In this document: one piece after another, positions 25,667-29,532 of the stretch | Numbering within the stretch: position 1 is the stretch's first letter | Layout of the letters: every line of letters begins with the position of its first letter | IMG/VR virus record: IMGVR_UViG_3300046779_001234 | Location: 1-29,532 of that record | Source: a virus | Taxonomy: Duplodnaviria > Caudoviricetes | DNA length: 29,532 nt | Reading direction: 5' to 3' (one strand) | The notes under the pieces: model-generated | The model's database searches: none | Told to the model about the DNA's origin: nothing | The model's input: only the letters and a program-made list of their open reading frames with translations | Translations under genes and position numbers: made by a program

Positions 25667-26017
25667 CTATTCAAAGAATTGTGGGACAACGATAACAAAC
25701 TTGTCAGTTCCGTCATCATTGGTAAATACAGCGTCAACTAGTCTAAGACTACAAGAGTCTTCATACCAAGTAAAGACTAAGTCTTCCATGGCACTAGGCG
25801 TATCACTAATAGTCTTATCATAGCCATAGCCAATCATCTTCTCAGTTTGCTTGGAATCCATGTTCAAATAGATTTTGTGGCAACCGTCGTATGAGACTGA
25901 GTCTGCTTGTGATAGTAGTTCTGATAGGTTTGTTTCCTGGTTTCCCTCACACAAACGGCAGAAAGGGTTACAGTCAAAAGCACCTTCATGGTTAGGGCAT
26001 TCAATGGGGGTATTCAT
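25667..26017 (-). CDS. Hypothetical protein with Cys/His cluster
   Basis: ECPNHEGAFDCNPFCRLCEG and DGCHKIY...WYEDSCSLR modules; start moved to 26017 (leaderless). Confidence 0.7.
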   Translation of the reverse strand: MNTPIECPNHEGAFDCNPFCRLCEGNQETNLSELLSQADSVSYDGCHKIYLNMDSKQTEKMIGYGYDKTISDTPSAMEDLVFTWYEDSCSLRLVDAVFTNDDGTDKFVIVVPQFFE

Positions 26018-26047
26018 GGTATCTACGATAGCACTAGGGTATGACAT

Positions 26048-26236
26048 TTATTCCTCATCCTCGTCTTCGTCGTCTTCCAGTTCCTCAATGTCCATGTCGT
26101 AAACACCGTCATAGGTGATGTCATTGTCCATAGTGTCACCCCAAGAGGTGTAAGCAAGTTCTTCTGCTGCTTCTTTTGATTCTGCCTCAATTTCTCCAGC
26201 AAAATCAATTCTCATCTTTACATAAAATCTAGCCAT
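26048..26236 (-). CDS. Small acidic protein with IEAESKEAA motif
   Basis: Conserved leader GAAAGTAG; poly-D/E tail. Confidence 0.7.
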   Translation of the reverse strand: MARFYVKMRIDFAGEIEAESKEAAEELAYTSWGDTMDNDITYDGVYDMDIEELEDDEDEDEE

Positions 26237-26285
26237 TGTTCTACTTTCTTTAGGGTAAGTCTATTATAGGGTGGGGGTCAGACAT

Positions 26286-26495
26286 TTATGGGGTATAGTG
26301 TTCAACAAGAATAGACTCATCTACCATCTTGCCATACTCACGAATAACATCTTCGTCAGTCCAGTCAATTGAGCCATCTTCATTACGCCACTCTGCTGCG
26401 ACATCTTCAGGTAGGTCATCAGTATCTAGAACATAAAGAACACGGTTAGGCTCATGAGTCCACCAGTCACCGTTTTCGTTAGCAATAAAAATCAT
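26286..26495 (-). CDS. Hypothetical acidic protein
   Basis: GAAAGGA RBS; promoter at 26523-26552. Confidence 0.7.
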   Translation of the reverse strand: MIFIANENGDWWTHEPNRVLYVLDTDDLPEDVAAEWRNEDGSIDWTDEDVIREYGKMVDESILVEHYTP

Positions 26496-26671
26496 TGGGG
26501 TATTCCTTTCGTTGATGTATCAATTATCTCAGATAGCACTGACATTGTCAAGAACCTGGGAAAATATTTTGGTGTTCGTAATTAAGTTTTCGTAATTAAA
26601 TATACAACTATAGATTACTGGTCCGATCACGCCCAACCCCCAGCTGTCAAGCCAGGGGTCAGCGTGTCGCC

Positions 26672-27685
26672 TTATGCCATTACGGCAGACTGAACAATTT
26701 TCATCAGGCGGTTTTTCTCAGCGTTCACCATTGGGTCAAAGCCTGAAGCACTAGCAAGGATAGACTCGTTGCTACCGCCACGACCTGAACGATACCAGTC
26801 TAGGCGTTCTGTTAGAGCGTTGAAAGCACCCCAAGCAGTTCCGCTAATGGTGTTGTTGTAGTCACCAACATAGATAGACTGAAGCAGGTCAATCTTAGCG
26901 TCATACTTTTTGAATGAACCCTTAGCGTCTTTTTCTGGGGCAGGGTATGCCAACTCAACAATCTTGTCAAACTGAGCCTTAGTGATTTCAGTTTCAATCA
27001 TAGCGTTAGCAATAGCAGAGAACTCGTCAATGTAAGTCTTAGCCAATCCAAGAGCCTCTCGTGCTACCGCAATTTTACCCTCGGCAGTCTGGGTGTGGCG
27101 AATCTTGAAAGTTTGCTTTACAGCCTTTTTGCCCTTGAATGAAGATAGAGCAAGGTTTAGAGTGTTAGCACATACAACACGAACAGGTGTAATCGAAGCC
27201 TGAATAGCGATAGAGCCATCGTGGCTAGTGTTGATTAGCAAATAGTTGTCAATCTTATCTGCCACGCCTTTAGGGTCAAGGGTAATTGAATCACGAAGGG
27301 CAATTGAACCAAAGACAACACGACCGCCACGAATAGAGCCAGCAGTTTCCCAACGACCACCACCGTCTAGCAGGTTGTCACCGAATGAGAACAAATCCTC
27401 GTTCTGAAGTGGAACATAGCGTTCACCAACAACGCCAAGAACATCATTGGTGTTGCGGTCAAATGGGTTAGTGCGAGTCACGAAAGAGTAGGACTTGTCT
27501 GAATCAAAGCCTTCTGGAATTGCTACATCTTCTAGGCGAACATTCCAGTTGTCTAGGTGTGCGAGTTTCAACATCTCGTTAGTGTTTACCTCGTTATCGA
27601 ACACAGTGCCAAGACCATGCCAAGCAGGTTGGCGAAGTGAAGCAAAAGCGGTTTCGCCGTTTACGGTTTCTAGTTCGTGAGCCAT
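26672..27685 (-). CDS. DUF932 family phage/plasmid protein
   Basis: MAHELE...PAWHGLG, LGVVGERYVPLQN, ETAGSIRGG, SHDGS, TPVRVVCANT, RHT, GTAWGAFNA; AGAAAGG RBS favours ATG 27685. Confidence 0.92.
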   Translation of the reverse strand: MAHELETVNGETAFASLRQPAWHGLGTVFDNEVNTNEMLKLAHLDNWNVRLEDVAIPEGFDSDKSYSFVTRTNPFDRNTNDVLGVVGERYVPLQNEDLFSFGDNLLDGGGRWETAGSIRGGRVVFGSIALRDSITLDPKGVADKIDNYLLINTSHDGSIAIQASITPVRVVCANTLNLALSSFKGKKAVKQTFKIRHTQTAEGKIAVAREALGLAKTYIDEFSAIANAMIETEITKAQFDKIVELAYPAPEKDAKGSFKKYDAKIDLLQSIYVGDYNNTISGTAWGAFNALTERLDWYRSGRGGSNESILASASGFDPMVNAEKNRLMKIVQSAVMA

Positions 27686-27877
27686 AGTGGTCACCTTTCT
27701 TAGTGGGGATTTCTGATAAGACTATTATGACAGAGGGGTCAGACATTGTCAAGACTATTTAGGAAAAATTCTGGGGATTTCGTAACAACTTCGTAAACTT
27801 GACAAATGATCCTGGGCGTGAGCGGCCCCCTGATCACCACAAATGTCAAGCTTGGTTTTCGACAGATGTGGTGTGGG

Positions 27878-27904
27878 TGAGCAGTTTAGACACTTGCTCA
27901 GGTG
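27878..27904 (-). ncRNA. 3'-UTR pseudoknot motif, copy 2
   Basis: CAC-CTGAGCAA-GTG-TCTAAAC-TGCTCA, 6 nt after stop. Confidence 0.7.
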
Positions 27905-27910
27905 CTTGGA

Positions 27911-28360
27911 TTAGATAAGGTCAATAACTGACGAGTAAGAACTTGCCGAGATTTCCTCTTGGCTAGTCATACGCAATACCTTTAGGTTCTGCTCTAGGAC
28001 TTCCTTGCGGTTGATGTGCTTGTTGCCATACCACTCACTCTGGTTTGGCTTCTTTGGCTCAGTTGGCTTTACAGGGAAACCAACAATCTTGTCAGAGTCA
28101 AAGGTGAGTTCCAGACGACCATTGTAGTTAGTGCCAATACGAATGTCTGCGGTGTGGTCATAACCAATCTTGTCAGCGTTCTTGCTAACAAAATCAGTAA
28201 TAGCCTTAGCAACCTGAGTCTTGTAGTTTGCTAGGTCTGCCTCATACTTCTCGTAGTCAGCAGGGTAAGACGCAACATCAGCGTCAATCTTCTGGATTGC
28301 TTCCTCAATCTGAGCAATAACAGCAGCGGTTGGAACTTTTACGGACAGGGCACGAGCCAT
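27911..28360 (-). CDS. Hypothetical protein
   Basis: Own promoter, conserved leader, biased codon usage. Confidence 0.8.
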   Translation of the reverse strand: MARALSVKVPTAAVIAQIEEAIQKIDADVASYPADYEKYEADLANYKTQVAKAITDFVSKNADKIGYDHTADIRIGTNYNGRLELTFDSDKIVGFPVKPTEPKKPNQSEWYGNKHINRKEVLEQNLKVLRMTSQEEISASSYSSVIDLI

Positions 28361-28419
28361 TTTGTATCTACTTTCTTTTAGGGTATTTTTATTATAGGGG
28401 TAGGGTGTGACATTTATTG

Positions 28420-28449
28420 TGAGCAGTTTACCTTGACATACTCAGGTCA
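28420..28449 (-). ncRNA. 3'-UTR pseudoknot motif, copy 3
   Basis: TGAC-CTGAGTAT-GTCA-AGGTAAAC-TGCTCA, 6 nt after stop. Confidence 0.7.
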
Positions 28450-28455
28450 TTTTTC

Positions 28456-28695
28456 CTAGAACAGCCCTAGGAACTTCTTGCGTGGTGCTTCAACAGTAAT
28501 AGTCTTTTCAACAATCTTCTCAATAACCTTTGCTTCTGGCTTTGAGATGAACTTGGTCTGGTTGGTAGCACCATCAAAAGTGCCATTTGGGTTACGAACA
28601 ACAGCCTTGAAACCCTCGCCAGATTTAGTTACCCAAATCTCGGTGCGAACAGTTAGTTGCTGGTTCTTCTTCTGAGCAATAATCTTGCCTGACAT
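28456..28695 (-). CDS. Hypothetical basic protein
   Basis: Own promoter and leader; C-terminal RKKFLGLF amphipathic tail. Confidence 0.75.
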   Translation of the reverse strand: MSGKIIAQKKNQQLTVRTEIWVTKSGEGFKAVVRNPNGTFDGATNQTKFISKPEAKVIEKIVEKTITVEAPRKKFLGLF

Positions 28696-28750
28696 TAGTC
28701 TTCTTTCTTTAGGGTAATTACAGTATAAAGTATGGGTCTGACATTTATAG

Positions 28751-28791
28751 TTGGGGGGATAGAGAAAGGATAAGAAACGCTATCCCCCCAA
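28751..28791 (-). ncRNA. 3'-UTR hairpin with anti-Shine-Dalgarno-like loop
   Basis: 12-bp stem TTGGGGGGATAG/CTATCCCCCCAA; minus-strand loop CGTTTCTTATCCTTTCT. Confidence 0.55.
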
Positions 28792-28801
28792 GTCTATTTA
28801 T

Positions 28802-28948
28802 TTACTTTACAGTAGTCCAGCGGTCAGTTCCGTTTACATCTAGACGAACTCGGAATGAGCCTGTCTTGTTCTGGATTACTTCCTGAATTACACCAGACAC
28901 GCCAGACTTAGCGGTGGTGAACTGTGAGCCAACAGTTAGAGTGTTCAT
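28802..28948 (-). CDS. Small beta-rich protein (48 aa, MNTLTVGSQFTTAKSGVSG...)
   Basis: GAAGGAAG RBS; not in the ORF track. Confidence 0.7.
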   Translation of the reverse strand: MNTLTVGSQFTTAKSGVSGVIQEVIQNKTGSFRVRLDVNGTDRWTTVK

Positions 28949-29155
28949 TTTGCTTCCTTCACCTAGTCCATTACTAGGATTTTTCTCGTTTTTTATTCTC
29001 AGGTTTTCCTGATGTATCTATTATGGGGCATAAACGAATAATTGTCAAGCCCAAATGCTACTTTTTAGATAATTTTTTCTACAAACTTTTTGGGGATTTT
29101 TTGTAGACTTCGTAACTTGACAAATGGTGTGGGTAGGGGATCGGTACCACAAAAG

Positions 29156-29240
29156 TGGGACAGTTTTACGTCGTGTCCAGGACGGTAGGGACCTAAGAAA
29201 GGATTAAGACGGCCACCTACATATGCATACCCCTATGCAT
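29156..29240 (-). ncRNA. 3'-UTR module: UAGGGGUA hairpin, anti-SD hairpin and pseudoknot copy 4
   Basis: ATGCATA-GGGG-TATGCAT; GTAGG-T-GGCC-GTCTTAATCCTTTCTTA-GGTC-CCTAC; CGTC-CTGGACAC-GACG-TAAAAC-TGTCC. Confidence 0.65.
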
Positions 29241-29244
29241 AGAT

Positions 29245-29532
29245 TTATTTTTTACTTGCACTGAATAGAATGTCATTACGGGCAAACACACATTGCGAAC
29301 ATGCAACACATGCAGAACCCTTTTCGCTAATCAGCTGTAGTTTACGATTATTTTCAGGGCATGGAATGGCAGACTTGTCTTGAATAGTCTTGAAGTCCGC
29401 TTTACCTGTAGCAAAGTCCTTGGCCAGATAGGCAAGCTTTACGTCATACTTTTCTTTTAGTTCGAAACCTAGGTCCTTGTTTGCCTCATCGGTTGAGAAG
29501 TAGAGACTAAGGTTATCAATACCAGTTAACAT
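29245..29532 (-). CDS. GP88-like (mycobacteriophage gene product 88 type) protein, C-terminal part; truncated by the window edge
   Basis: NLSLYFSTD...CPE...ACVACSQC...ILF motif pattern. Confidence 0.6.
   Translation of the reverse strand: MLTGIDNLSLYFSTDEANKDLGFELKEKYDVKLAYLAKDFATGKADFKTIQDKSAIPCPENNRKLQLISEKGSACVACSQCVFARNDILFSASKK

Larger units (their letters stand above)
25637..28746 (-). promoter_or_regulatory. Seven-copy promoter class A-A-TGTC-N12-[-10 hexamer]
   Basis: Copies at 25637-25661, 26025-26049, 26263-26287, 26523-26552, 27724-27753, 28391-28415, 28722-28746; TGTC always begins 16 nt before the -10 box. Confidence 0.8.

Noticed and set aside
1002-28675. Many 60-140 aa opposite-strand or alternate-frame ORFs in the track (e.g. 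1002-1205, 4455-4811, 8505-8840, 15823-16251, 19396-19656, 25875-26102)
   Set aside because: Nested in better-supported genes, lacking RBS or promoter and recognisable motifs.

Overview
A 29.5 kb AT-rich segment of a large, probably lytic bacteriophage. WhiB, an MSMEG_6728-like gene, NrdH, a GP88-like gene, AGAAAGG-type ribosome-binding sites and many leaderless genes suggest an actinobacterial host. From left to right: (i) a WhiB / glycosylase-like / holin-like / Hsp20 block; (ii) a ~10 kb glycan island with 8 glycosyltransferase-like genes, UDP-glucose dehydrogenase, an NDP-sugar epimerase, UDP-galactopyranose mutase, a small ncRNA and a frameshifted multi-domain protein; (iii) HNH, NrdH, GroES, ThyX, dNMP kinase and four tRNA genes reading A-ending codons, one with a non-canonical D-armless fold; (iv) small hypothetical genes and a methyltransferase; (v) a ~0.8 kb repeat-rich non-coding region at the strand switch; (vi) a minus-strand arm of small early-type genes including DUF932 and GP88-like. 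The most unusual signals are non-coding: a four-copy covarying 3'-UTR pseudoknot; 3'-UTR hairpins whose loops are complementary to a conserved bipartite leader/RBS motif of the early genes (candidate antisense regulon); a seven-copy promoter class with ATGTC at a fixed distance from the -10 box; and the rearranged tRNA-Ile(UAU). All product calls come from motif recognition by eye; no database searches or folding programs were run.
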